This document shows positions 1 to 12,400 of a stretch of 64,000 nucleotides of DNA, piece by piece (position 1 is the stretch's first letter; the number at the start of each line of letters is the position of its first letter). The notes below the pieces were generated by a model that was not told the origin of the DNA, did no database searches, and was given only the letters and a program-made list of their open reading frames with translations. Source of the stretch: Penicillus capitatus (taxonomy: Eukaryota; Plantae; Chlorophyta); NCBI GenBank assembly GCA_965649825.1, contig OZ287695.1, forward strand, positions 1,283,081 through 1,347,080, given 5' to 3'. Both the position numbers and the translations under genes were made by a program.

Positions 1-2181
1 TAGTTCTGCCTTTTTCTTTGCTTCTGCTTCGGCCTTGGCTTTAGCCGCTGCCTTGATTCTTCCTTCCTGTTCGGCCTTCTTTTTCGCTTCGGCTTCGGCC
101 TTTACTCTGGCTTCTTCTGCCGCCTTTTTCTTTCTCTCCGCTTCCGCAGCTGCCTTTATTTTGGCTTCTTCTTGTTTTTTTGCAGCTTGTTCTGCAGCCT
201 TGGCTTTAGCTGCTTCCAGTTTGGCCTTCTTTTTCTCTTCCTACAAACACAGAATGTTTTTTTTCTGTCTACTGTCTGACAGGGTACTCCAGCACCTCTT
301 CGCGCTTCTTAGCTTCAGCAGCAAGTCTGGCCTCTTCCTCTTGAGCTGCTCTGGCTGCTTCTGCCTCTTCTCTCCTTCTTCGTGCCTCTTCCTCCTCTCG
401 CCGCTTCACGATCTCTGGATTGAGTACGGCAAATTCAATTTCTTTTTCCTCTTCTTTCGATAAGACACGGATTTCTTTTGACGCCTTTTGAGCTGCTGCA
501 CACAGAGCTTTCGCAATTAATTCCTCTTTTTCCTATCAACAGAACCTCGACATCCAAAAAGCACTGCGCGAAACTGGACCTGATTTTCTAGATTCTGCCT
601 TAGCGTATCCAACTGCTTCTCGATCTGCGAGGTACTTCTGAGCATTGAAGATGCTTCCGTGCGTTTTGTTTTCTGTACCGCCTGCACCTCTTTGATCCTG
701 TCCTTTAGAGCAACTAGTCGTTCTTTGGCATCTTCTTCTTGCGCTTCAAGATCTTCCACTCTCGCAGCCATTGCCTCTACGGTATTTTTCAGTTCTTGCT
801 TCTCCGCCTGTCTGGCAAGTTGTTCTTCCTAGTGTCACAGACTGTCGGCCAGCAGTCGATCATGGGAACGCCACTTTTGAGATGACAGCTTCTGTCTGGC
901 TCAATAGATCTTCAAAAGGTTTGTATTCAGCCGACGCATCTGCACTTACGGAAAGCACTTTGTTCTCCGCTAGTCCACCATTGAAAAAACAACTGGCGAC
1001 CAACTCTGCCACTTGAAGCTTCGAGATCTGTCCACTCTTTCCCACAACGACGTTCATGGAACTGCCTTCTTCATCCGAGACCCTCATGTCTCCTGCATCG
1101 CGTTATTGTTATGGGAATACCGATGCTGTCTCTCTATAGATACCTGGCTGAATGACGGTAAAGGATAGAGTGCTGTTTTCTAAAAAGGTCTGCACTTGCT
1201 GCGTATTAGCTGACGGGCCAGAGAATCCACCGAACAGTGATTTAGAAGATCCAGATTTTGCACCGGTCCCGGAATTCACCAGGACAAACTGACTGACTCC
1301 TAATTCTTCACACGCCTCTACCAGTGCTATACAGGCACTGGGTGGTCCGCCTTCTGCCGTAAATACCACCTGCGTTGACAAAGCAGGATCGATAAGGCGA
1401 TGCTTTGCCCGCTGAGAAGTCAGACTTTGTCAGAGTTGCCGACAGATGCGAGCACTCCATCTTCTTCATTCCAATTCGCTTCGACAAAGGAGACATTTCT
1501 CGACTGATCTGCAGCCACGATGCCGTATCTGATGAGAACTCTCAGATCGTTCTCCGCCTCTTCGATGTCTGCACATCCGGCGCGTACTTTGAATCCAGCC
1601 GCCAGCAATTCTCTATCCATACACACCATTGCCAGTTGCACGCATCTATTTCACAGTGTCTTACCGCACAATACGTGATCCGAGCATACCAGTACCTCCG
1701 GCCACAAAAATCTATACCAGTAATGTCTCTGCATAGGGCAGTCGAGGTAAGCATTTGGAAGTGATACTGTTTTTGGATCTCTCTGTCTAGAACGCCCTCT
1801 CATGGAAGCTATTCCCTTCAACTGCACAGTTCCCTGTTTCTTCTGCATAGTTCCAAATGGTCCAAATCCAGCAAAGGGGCCTTCGGATAAATCTGGTGAC
1901 TTAAATTTCACCGTTCCTCCACCTAGATCCGTCAATCATCGTTTTTCTCGACTCTCACTCTAATCGACCTGCTAAGGATGACTTCTTCTGAGCCAAAACT
2001 GGAGAACAGGCTGCTCTCCTGTCGAAGATCCACGTCTACCCGTTAGCATTCGGCTAGACGGGTAGGCGAACCTGATGCCATGCCGCAGAGGGGGAGGTTG
2101 CAATGGTGTAACATCAGCATAGCTGTCTCGCGCTGCCAGTCCACATCGACTCCTTGCACTTCGCACCCTCGCGAGATCCAT
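1..2181 (-). CDS. Plastid-targeted NAD(P)-binding Rossmann protein, Tic62/PTAC16-like, with coiled-coil and long E/K/A/R-rich tail; multi-exon, 3' end runs off the window
   Basis: Spliced translation gives DPKT|IFVAGGTGMLGSRIVR|ELLAAGFKVRAG (GxxGxxG dinucleotide-binding motif typical of Tic62/PTAC16). A transit-like RAACSPVLAQKK precedes it. GT-AG introns join the track fragments 1651-1935, 1420-1641, 1109-1381, 860-1087, 517-771 and the KAEAEAKKKAE tail. Start codon approximate. Confidence 0.72.
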
Positions 2182-2356
2182 GAACGGCAGAGCAATCGAT
2201 CAAGCGACAATCGGCGACGCAGACGTAACGCGTCTCTCAGTGCAGGTTCACAGATCCGCCCGTTCGTTCGTTAGATCTCACGAGAGCGGTACGCGCACCG
2301 TTCTCATCTCCGTCAGCATTATCCTTATCCCGCCTGTCTACGTGCTCCCTTGCAAA

Positions 2357-5300
2357 ATGGACGGACAATACACCACTTCTGGATTTCAGCTCTACGGGCA
2401 GCCTCTACAGGTAACCGACGCCAACCGGACAAACGCCTCTCTGTCGAATAGCGAGCGTCGACTCCGCATTCGAGCCGCCATCTGAGAGGGTTTTATATCT
2501 GACACCACGTATCATAGGCGCCGACGGTGCAGCAAAGTGGACAGGCGTTGAACCAACCTGCCCCGGCGCAACAGGTTGGCGGATTCACCTTGATTCCTGC
2601 GCCAACGGGCCCCGGTCAGCCTGCATTAACAAACCTGAGAAACCAGCCCGTACAAATCCTTCAGCAACCGACTCCAGCTGCACAGAATAAACCTCAGCAA
2701 CAAGTAAATCGAAGCAGAAGACAATGCGGATCTGGTAAAGGGATGGTTAGGGTGGCCTAGGAGCGATGGCCTTTCAGGCGCAGACAGCCCAGACGCAGCC
2801 GACACAACAATCTCAGCAGCAACGCCTCCCTGCTGCCCAAGTACGAGCGTTGTCTTCTATAGTGCTTGTGGGTTTGAGTGCCTATCTTTGGTGGACAGTT
2901 GCAGGGTTTGACTACTCAGCAATTGCAGTACCTTCAAGCAGCTCAGCAGAGTGGACAGTTAACGGCCCAAGGATTCCAGTCGTATTCTCAGCCGCCACCT
3001 CAGTTAGGAGCCATTCAGATTCTCCAGCCCAAAACGCAGCCGCAGCAAGGAGCAGTGGGCCGTGGATTTCAGCAAGGACAGCCGACACTGCAGGGAATGC
3101 AAGTGCTTCCACAGCAGACGCCACAGGCACCGCAGGCATTGCAGCCGGGGCAGAATCTTCAAGGCTTGCAGCAAGGACTGCAACAAGTTCCTGGATTGCA
3201 GACCATTCCTGGTGTCCAAATTCTGCAGCAGTATCCTGGATACAGCCAACAGCAGCAACAGCAGCAACTGAATGCCCCGATTCCTCCCAAACAGCCAACC
3301 GTTGCTGCAACCGGTTTCTCCTCAAGCTCTCAACAGCCAATCCATTCTGCTCCGGGAACGGCAAGTGGTCATCATACCGGCAGTCTTTTCAGCAACAGCA
3401 ATCAGAGGGGCAGTTATGGACAAGGACGCTATGCATGGAACGATCGAGAAAGGAACGAACGTACGGACTTCCGTGGACGACCTCGGGAACGGGGAAGGCG
3501 CGATGACAGAGGTAACAATGACCCACATCCATAACCTCTAATCTCACTCTTCATTCCTATCCATGACTTCTTCATCTCCACCCATCCATCTCTTCGACTT
3601 GACTTGGTCCTTCATCATCATCTCCTGTCTAATCTATGGTTTCCGTCCTGACAAGGTTCGTTTGGAACGCGGCCACCGGCTCGAGAAGCTCCTTCACGTT
3701 TCTCTCGTGAAAGGGAGCCCTTTCGTCACGACAGAGGCAGCAAAGAGCGTTATGATCGTGGTTTTAGAGACTACAATCGCCGAGATCGCGACCGAAAGCC
3801 ATCTCCGGTGCATCATCACTACGACTTCAAGGTCTGTCTACGCTCAGATTCTTTGCAACATGTCGCAGCGTTGGATTGTGTGAAAAGAAAGATGATGCTC
3901 GGAAAGAGCCACATCGAGAGGTCTTGCATAAGCCTGTTCATCCTCCTGTCAACCAGGAATTCAAGACAGCGCTTCCATTGCCATTGCCTGCAAAACCTCC
4001 ACCCGTGGCAGACTACGTCGTCAAAGTGCCTCAAGTGCCATTTGCTACACACGAACGTGACTACTCTGACATTACACGGCGATACACACATCTCTACATC
4101 TCCCCCGATTTCACCAAACTCGTCTGCTGTTGGGCTAAGGTATGGAAGTGCAAAGCAATTGTATGGCTGGTTCATGTACTGTCATTCTATCCTAATGAAT
4201 GATCATTCATCTGGGATCGAGGCTGATAGAAGGTGTGGTGCTCTAGACGCCGACGGCGATACGGTATCCTTATGGATGTTCCCTGTGTCCACTGAACAAG
4301 CCCGTGAAGTTTGAAATGGTACAAGGACCCTACGAGGCAGAACAGGAGATTATCTTGCCGGCTGCTCACAACGACGTGCCTCAGGCTGTCCGATGGAATG
4401 CAAAGGTATGGGACATATCCGCCGTCTGAATGGAAAAACTGATGAATTGGCTTGTTGGCAGTGCACGTTCATTTGTGGATTGGATGACAAAGCACATGAA
4501 GACATTTTGAGAGGGAAGTTCGATGGCGGGACGCATGTGATGAACGCTCTAAAATTCGTGACCGTGCGAGAAGAGAAGGATAAGAAAAAGACAGGAATCA
4601 TGTGCCTTGGTGGTCCATACGATCCAGAATTGGATGGAGGCGATCCTGCCGAGTAAGCCATTCCTTCTTGACCGCTTCTTTCTCAAAAGAGCGTGTTTTT
4701 GTTCAGAGATGTGGAAGGATTGAAGCGTGCCTGCATACGTCATGTGAAAGCCCAGACGCTATTGGATTTGACGCCCTGTCGTTCGTGGATTCGTTTTTGT
4801 GATGTGCATTATCGCAGACTGGATGATGACGGGCACGAATGCGAAGAAGTCACTGTCATTTTCTTGATCGATGTCTCCGAGCTGATTCCTTCCGCCGAAG
4901 AGTGGCCAGCAATCTGGAAAGAACAGAATGAATGGAAGAAGAGAGCAGCGCAGGCTGATATCCTTCCAGTGAGCATCCTCCACCAAACAAAGCTGTGTGA
5001 CATGTGTCTGTTGTCCAGGCGTCCACCACACAGAACGATGCCCCGGCGGCGCAGGAGAATGGAAAGGACTTGGAAAAAGAGACAGAAACGGAAGAAACCA
5101 AGAAAGATGCCGACGTTGTTCAGACAATGCATGCAGAGGACGAGAAGGTAGGGTGCATTCCTGGACGATCGCCACGAATGGAGAGTGGTGTTTGAAGATG
5201 GAGGATGTTCCTAAGGAAGTGAGTCTGTTGATGAAGTGTCGTGCTGCCAAGAATGGCAGAGTGAAGACAATGAGCATCAGCTTGGATGGTTTGTTGGACT

Positions 5301-6052
5301 ACGACGAGAATGATAAAGATGAAGCGACATTTGAATTGTCTCTCATGGCTGAGAGCTTCAATGAGATGTTGATGCGAGACTATGGACTCCTGATTCTGAA
5401 TGCATTGATGGAAAACAAGAGCATGACAGCAACGACAACACAGCTCGACGACAAGAAGCGTCCCGGCAGCCTATTGCCGCAGGAAACACCAGAACCCCTT
5501 GGAAAGAAACAAAAACAAACAGAATCGAAAACAGAACCTGAGACAACGATGGATCATCTGCCTGAGAAGGCAGAAGAGGCGGCGGCGGCCCATGAGGGAG
5601 CAGCTGAAGAGATGGAGGTGCAGTATCCAGATTCGCCTGGAGATATCGTCCATGTTGGTGACATCGAAGCACAGCCTGAGTCCGCTGCGAAGGAGGTTCC
5701 ACCCGAATCGACCACCTTTTCCTCGACACAGCAGACATCCGATGCGAAACAGGAGACAGCGACGGTCGATGTGGTGATGGAGGAGGACACAGATGCCAAG
5801 AATGGCGAGCAGCCTGCTGTGAATGAAGAATTGCTTTTTGCATTTAGATACTTTGATCGAGCAGGTTGTGGATACCTTAAGTGTGATGATTTGCGTCGCC
5901 TGTTGCATAACTTAGGCTGCTGCCTCGCTCCAAGAGTGGTTCGAGAACTGGTTCATGGAGCAGCTGCCATGAATAAAGAGAAGCTCGACAGAGTCTGCTA
6001 CCGTTCCTTGACAGACAAAGGAACGACGGCGCCGCCTCCTATCAACGACTAA
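2357..6052 (+). CDS. CCAR1: Cell division cycle and apoptosis regulator 1 (CCAR1/DBC1 family), multi-exon
   Basis: Q-rich N-terminus, R/E/D-rich segment, DBC1-type GIMCLGGPYDPELDGGDP, conserved SLDGLLDYDENDKDEATFELSLMAESFNEML and C-terminal EF-hand-like FAFRYFDRAGCGYLKCDDLRRLLHNLG. Confidence 0.85.
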
Positions 6053-6107
6053 GATGATTGGTTCTGCATGGCTTGGCTGCTGCATGTCCATCTGTCAATC
6101 ATCCAAT

Positions 6108-6127
6108 CTGCCTGCCTGCCTGCCTGC
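6108..6127. repeat. (CTGC)5 microsatellite downstream of the CCAR1 stop
   Basis: ctgcctgcctgcctgcctgc read directly. Confidence 0.8.
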
Positions 6128-6426
6128 ATCTCAGATGGTCTGTGGCTCTCTTCGTCGATCGTGTGATGAGTTTTGAACGACACCTGACGCATTCTCTGAG
6201 CAGCATCGTGCATTCGCCTTCCCTGCTGTTGGACAAGATTGCACGCTTCAATCTGCGATTTGTGTTTGTTAATGCCGTATCGCCGCCTCTGCTCGACACA
6301 ACCGTATGCAAGTACCGTATTTCGATCCGTAGTTGTAGACAGGACGTTTAGATGCCAGCACGCATTCATTCTCCATTCCTCCGACCTCGAGCGATTTCTG
6401 TCGTAATAGGCAAACAGAAAGACACA

Positions 6427-7362
6427 ATGTTTGGCGGAACGGCCTTTGAACGTGACGTCGATGAAGAGGAATTTACCAATATTCTCTTTGTCCCATCGAA
6501 CTTCCGAGCGCAGCGAGGTACCACACATCCGACACCTTCGTCGCCTTCGCGTGCTTGGCGTGGGACTCCTGGACGAACGACAAGTCTAACCCCGCCACCA
6601 CCTCCCCTCAATCTCATCAACGAAGCGCCCGCCGATCGAAGTCAGCATCTTTCTCATTCGATCTCCTCCTTAAACATTGACTGGCCGGCCTCTTCAGATG
6701 GCCTTGGGTTTCTGAAATTCACCGAACAGCGTAGTTCAGGGCATTCTGCTGAATGGATGACGCTCGGCGATTTGTCTCCGTTCCCTGAGAAACGTGGGGA
6801 GATGCAGAGGGGATCGATGGGACAAAGTAGACGAGGAAATTGGATCAAAGTATGTGGGATCACGAAAGATGATATGTCCGATGTGATCCGGCATTTTCGT
6901 CGCTACGGCGATATTCAGAGCATCCGGCAGCCAGAAGGTCCGACCGGAAAGAACTGGATCTTCCTCAAGTTTCATGTTCAGTATCACACTTCTGGGTTTT
7001 TTGATGTGACTGATGGGACTGTGGTGTGAGAACAGACCGACCAAGCCGTGTCGATGGCTCTGCACTCCAACGGAAAAATGATCGGCAATGGAAAGTGCTT
7101 CGGTGTCGTGGAGCCTTTGGCAACAGAACGCGCCATGCTTGAAGCGCCCAGTCATGTTCCGTCTGTCCCGCCTTCTTCGATCGGATCTCTGGGAGACTCT
7201 TCTACTGAATTCTCACCGACAGGAGGCGAGAGCAGTTCAGGGGCTGTTCTTCCTGTAGTGCCTGCTCTTCAAGTGCCAATACAAGAGGGTCCTTTGCAGC
7301 CGACGACGGGAAACGACACTGATTCGCGACTTAAGTACTATCTAAAATTCCTGTTTGGTTAA
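6427..7362 (+). CDS. NUP35: Nucleoporin Nup35/Nup53 (RRM-like domain), one intron
   Basis: WIKVCGI...VIRHFRRYGDIQSI...NWIFLKF...ALHSNGKMIGNGKCFGV matches the Nup35 RRM pattern (WVTVFGF..ILxxFxxYG..NWMHIxY..ALxKDG.I), with disordered S/P-rich flanks. Confidence 0.75.
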
Positions 7363-7607
7363 TAACGTCGAGCGCAAACGGTTACCCATAAAACCTTTAT
7401 TTCAGCAAACACGGCATTTCATTTAGTTTCCAGAGAAGCGGTGTCGTTTTGCGCTAAAGTGTGCATTTATCTGACCGCCGCGTTGTCAACGAAAATCACG
7501 TGCAAAAAGATTCTTATCTTTCGTTCGCCAACCAATAAAAAATCTTTGCACGGTCGCTGACTCCACGAGGCGGAATTGACGTTTGGCTGTTTTCAAGTTT
7601 GTTACAA

Positions 7608-8522
7608 ATGGACGGTCAACTGAGGACACATAGCCGCTCCATCCCTCTCGCCGAGCCTCCGTCGATGGATTTGGAAACGCGTGCCGCCATGCTATGTCGA
7701 GTTTATGGAGCCGGGTCCGCTGAGTACTCGGCTTTTCTCGAGGACGTGCGTTCGACTACCCTCGGAGCGATGCTCGACTTGCCGAAATTTGTGCCTGGCG
7801 ATGTCAAGAATGGAGGCGCATCGTCGAAGCAGCGAAAAAAGAAGAAGCATTCGAAACGCAGAAGTCAAGAGACCGATGTCTTTCGGACAACAGAGCTGTC
7901 GAACGCCGCCTTTGTGGCTCCACCGACAGCCAATGAAGGACCCAGTCTAAAACCCGTCATCGCACAACCCTTAGCAAGCGTAGAGGAAGAGGAAGACATG
8001 GAGAAACGACCTTGCGGTAAGGAATCAGAAGGCTGGGTTCGAAATGAACGCAAAGGGCGCTCCATGGTACGAAGCTACACCCAAGAACCAAGCAGAGACA
8101 GAAGCGCGCGTACAGATATACGTCGTTTGCGTCGTTCGCAATCGAGTCTGGACGCATCGGAGCAGATCACGATGGATCAACAAGTGGCCCTGCAACTGCA
8201 GACACTTGTGCGGGAGAAGGCGGAACTGATCAAGGAGAATTCGAGACTCAAGAATGAGAACGAAGGGCTCAAGACATTGCTCGAGTATGCAACGTGTGAA
8301 GCAACGGCAGATGATGGTGATGAGTCCGACTATGAGACGTCGAAAGAAGTGCCAAGACGTCTAGGCATCCAGGCATGGCATCCCCCTGAACTACAATCGC
8401 CGACGTCGTTTAGCTCTTATGGCATGCTGGGTTCCACTTCTTCGTCAAACGACGACAAAGACGTGCCTGTAACGTCTCAGGCATCCGAAGATACCTATTC
8501 CCTCTCGAACATTCGATCTTAA
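7608..8522 (+). CDS. Uncharacterised protein with C-terminal coiled coil (intronless, ~305 aa)
   Basis: Long open frame. LQTLVREKAELIKENSRLKNENEGLKTLLEY resembles a conserved green-lineage motif (KARLAxENxxLxRENxxLxELxEY) recalled from uncharacterised plant/algal proteins. Confidence 0.65.
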   Translation: MDGQLRTHSRSIPLAEPPSMDLETRAAMLCRVYGAGSAEYSAFLEDVRSTTLGAMLDLPKFVPGDVKNGGASSKQRKKKKHSKRRSQETDVFRTTELSNAAFVAPPTANEGPSLKPVIAQPLASVEEEEDMEKRPCGKESEGWVRNERKGRSMVRSYTQEPSRDRSARTDIRRLRRSQSSLDASEQITMDQQVALQLQTLVREKAELIKENSRLKNENEGLKTLLEYATCEATADDGDESDYETSKEVPRRLGIQAWHPPELQSPTSFSSYGMLGSTSSSNDDKDVPVTSQASEDTYSLSNIRS

Positions 8523-8553
8523 GTGCGATCTGTGTCGTTCCCTTCCCCCGTGT

Positions 8554-9399
8554 CTATAAATATTGCTTAGTCAAAAAAGCATGATCTGCACTGTGAAGAA
8601 AGATGTTTTGTTTGGTGGTTGGTTGGTTGATTGACGATGGGGGGCGTGGAATGGAGTAGAGGTCTCGTTCGTCATTGGTGAGGTTTTGATTTTGATGCCA
8701 ACGTGTCCATGTATTGAAAATCCGTCGCAAACAAGCGAAACTGTCCTTGGGTCTGCTATGCATCTGTATCGAGGAGCGTTTGTTAGCGTTGCGTGCAATT
8801 CTTCCCATACATTACGTTGCTTACGTTGCTCTTTTCTCTCCATAGCGACCTACCTGCTTGTTGTGGCGAACGCATTAATTTCCACCGTGAAATATTAGAT
8901 TTGAAGAAGTGTGATATGCATTCATCTCGCTCATTTCCATTGTGTTGCATGAACATCACATCTTCTAGGGCTATGATGCTCTTCGCCGTTAGTGCATGGC
9001 TTGGAATGGACGGCACTGTCTCGATCAGAACTAAAAAAATCACATTCAGTGAACAGCTATTTGCGGCGATGTCGTAGACTGAGAAGATCCCTTGGGCGAC
9101 ATCACTCCCAGATACGATATGACATAAGATGCGTCTTCTGATGGCGCCATTTCTGATGATCAATAATGTAATAGATTTGAGAGTGCTCATCACGTCAAAG
9201 GACCTACGTCATTTGTTTGGTCAATGGGAGACGGGGTGGGCCAACCAAAGATCAATTCAGCGATCTGGAGTGTGTGTCCAAGGACATTGTCATTCGCGAC
9301 ATGAGCTGCTGTGTCATGATACCTTGTAACGACCAGGCGTCTTTCATTTATAATGGACGGATGGCGGCATCTATGATGGAACGGACACCTGTCCGACAT
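8554..9399 (-). CDS. Probable small spliced gene of unknown function, divergent from the E1 gene; model unresolved
   Basis: One strong intron (donor gtaagc, gctaac branch point, acceptor cgatacag) joins ...RSLWREKSN to MHSRPKDSFACLRRIFNTWTRWHQ... The 5' exons could not be fixed. Confidence 0.35.
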
Positions 9400-9422
9400 T
9401 CACCGCCGTTCGTTCGCGAACA

Positions 9423-12400
9423 ATGCTTGCTAAGAATGCACGCATTCAGCCTCTCGTCTCACTTCTTTACACATCCTTGAGGTGACAGGCGCGCCAGTCA
9501 GCGATATTGTGCCCAAGAGATATGGGTGACAGGTCTGAAGTGGCGTTATGGCGGTCGATGCCTATCTCATCATCGATACGGACACTTTATGGAGGCCCTC
9601 AGATAGATAGGGTGCTGCGAGAAGATACCCAGTTGGAGGTCGAAGATGCCATGAAGATAGCATCGCTTATTGAACGGTTTCGTCACCGAGGACATCTCTG
9701 TGCCAATTTGGATCCTCTCGGACGGGTCCAAAGAGGCCCCTGGATGTCCGAGCAGCCTAATAACCGTCACCGGTATGTTCTGAGTCGGAAACGGGCACAC
9801 AGCACGGCTCTTTAGTGGCTCTGAGCGATGTCTCGTGGATTTGTTGGACAGCTATCCGTATGAAAGAAGTCTGGAGGAACGCGCACGATACATTGCTGCC
9901 AAACTCAATCTGCAAAACGGCAAAGATCCTTTGCGGAAGTACTACATTGGCAGTATTCTTCCAGGTATGCCTGCCTCCTGCATTGACGCTGCGGAATGGA
10001 TGCATAGAATGATGTGACAGGAGATGTACCACAGTACTGGAATCTGGCGGAGATCGTCGAAAAAATGACCAAGTGCTACTGCGATACACTGTCCATTGAA
10101 ACGGGACATCTTTCGACGCAAGAACAGATGGATTGGATCTCCGATAGATTCGAGAACAGAAAAGCGCTCAGTCCCATGGACAAGCGGCGAATTCTCCATT
10201 CCCTTATCGAAGCCGATCAGTTTGAACGATTTCTCGCCGAGAAATTTCCGGCTACCAAACGGTCCGTGTCCAAAGTTGCTGGTGATGATCTCTGGCATTG
10301 TTGGCGTTGAGCAGATTTGGCTTGGAGGGCTGCGAAGCTGTGCTGCCAGCGCTGAGACATGTGATCCATCAGTGCAGCCTAAACGGTGTTGACAAAGTCG
10401 AGATCGGCGTTGCCCATCGAGGTCGTCTCAACATCCTCTGTAATCTTCTCGGAAAACCGTTTGGGGCACTCTGCAATGAACTCGCCGGATTCCGCAGTGA
10501 ATTTGAAGTTCTCGCTTCCGACTGCTGAGAATGTGCGTGACCTGTCGATCTGCAGGTTGGCGATGTGCTCTACCATCTGGGGCAGTCCGGCGAACTTCCC
10601 TGTATGGGTAAAGATGGATCGGTAAAGTCTGTTCGTTTGTTCGTAGCCCCCAACCCCAGTCACTTAGAATTCATCAATCCCGTGATTCTGGGAATGGTAC
10701 GTGCAGAACAGAAACTCCTGAACGATATCGAGCGAATGCGTGTCATGGGATTGCTCATTCACGGAGATGCTTCCTTCAGTGGCCTAGGCATCGTGGCCGA
10801 AACGCTGCAACTATCAGATCTCGAAGGCTTCGGCACTGGGGGTGCCATTCACATCGTCATTAACAACCAGGCACGGCATTCATCAGAAGCTCCTCCCCTT
10901 GATAGCTGTCTGCCCTGTGGACAGATTGGATTCACAACGATTCCGGCATCTGGGCGATCGGGTCTGCATGCGACAGACGTTGTGAAGATGATAGGCGCTC
11001 CTATTCTCCACGCCAATGCAGATGATCCAGAATCGGTCCATCAGGCATGTCTCATTGCAGCGGAATGGAGAAGTGTGTTTAAACAAGACATCGTGATCGA
11101 TATCGTCGGATACAGACGACACGGACACAACGAACGTGACAATCCAGAATCTTTCCTTCCGCTGACTTACGAAAGCGTCAAGAAGCATCCCCGTGTTGAA
11201 TCCATCTACGCAGCCAAACTCATTGTCCGTCTTGAGCATCTCACAGAGAGAGAATCGTGCTGGAATGTAGAAAGAAGGCGTTGCATCCACAGAAGAGGTG
11301 GAGCAATGGATGTCGAAAAAGAGAAGAGATTATGAGCAGGAATGGAAATGGTTCAAGGAAGGAAAGTACCAAGAGTCGGCAGAGCAGTTTCTTTCGTCGA
11401 ATTGGCAGGGCGCTGCTCTGCAGGTGTGCCACAAGATTGTCCTCGCAGCCACGTGAGTGATGTGACAGGAATTGTACAAGCAAGAGAGGGGATCTGTTGA
11501 GATGTTTCATCAGGAACCGACGGGTCTGCCTATTGAAACTCTGAAGCTGGTTGGAGAGAAGATCTGCCAAGTTCCGGCGGGTTTCGTTGTCCATGAGCAC
11601 TTTCGTCAGATCTTTCAGGATCGTTTGCAAATGATTGAAGGTCCTCAGGGCCGTGTGAACTGGGCAATGGCTGAGGCCTTGGCCTTCGGCACGCTCGTTT
11701 TGCACAGGTATGCACATGGGGTGTCCATAAACTGCTCTAAGTCTTTTCTGCAGAGGGGACAAAAAATGTAAGGATACGAAGACAAGTGCATCAGATCCTT
11801 CGCTGGGCTTGAACAAGGGCCATTACCATGTGCGTCTTTCAGGCCAAGATGTGGAAAGAGGCACATTCAACCACAGACATGCTGTTCTCTATGATCAACA
11901 GACAGGCGCACGTTGCGTTAAGCTAAATGAAATTGTGCAAGGGAGACAAGACACCGTGGAGATATGGAACTCGCCACTTTCGGAAGCAGCCGTGCTCGGA
12001 TTTGAATACGGCTTCTCTCTGGGCTCCAAGGACAGGGCTCTTGTCATCTGGGAGAGTCAGTTTGGCGATTTTGCCAATAATGCTCAAGTGAGATCCGCCG
12101 TCATCGACGAAGAGAGGCATCGCATTGACTGTCCAAGTAGGTCTTGATCGATCAGTTCTTGGCTTCTGGGCACCAGAAATGGGGACAGCAGTCAGGTCTG
12201 GTCTTGCTTCTGCCGCACGGCTATGATGGGGAAGGACCAGATCATAGCAGTGCTCGACTGGAACGTTTTCTGAGTCTCTGCAATGACGATCCGGATCATC
12301 TTCCAGGTCACTCTCCAGAATTTCAAAGACAAATCACGCAAACCTTCGAGGCCATTACCAAAGACTACGGCCGGAAGATTAACCGTCAACAAGCTTCTGA

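Noticed and set aside
35-463. 142-aa plus-strand hydrophobic ORF (MALAAALILPSCSAFFF...)
   Set aside because: It is the antisense shadow of the K/E/A-rich tail on the minus strand. Most other overlapping track ORFs are likewise antisense or intron-read-through fragments.
517-771. Coiled-coil fragment that first suggested an SMC protein
   Set aside because: It splices in frame to the Tic62/PTAC16-like Rossmann exons, and no Walker or hinge motifs are present.
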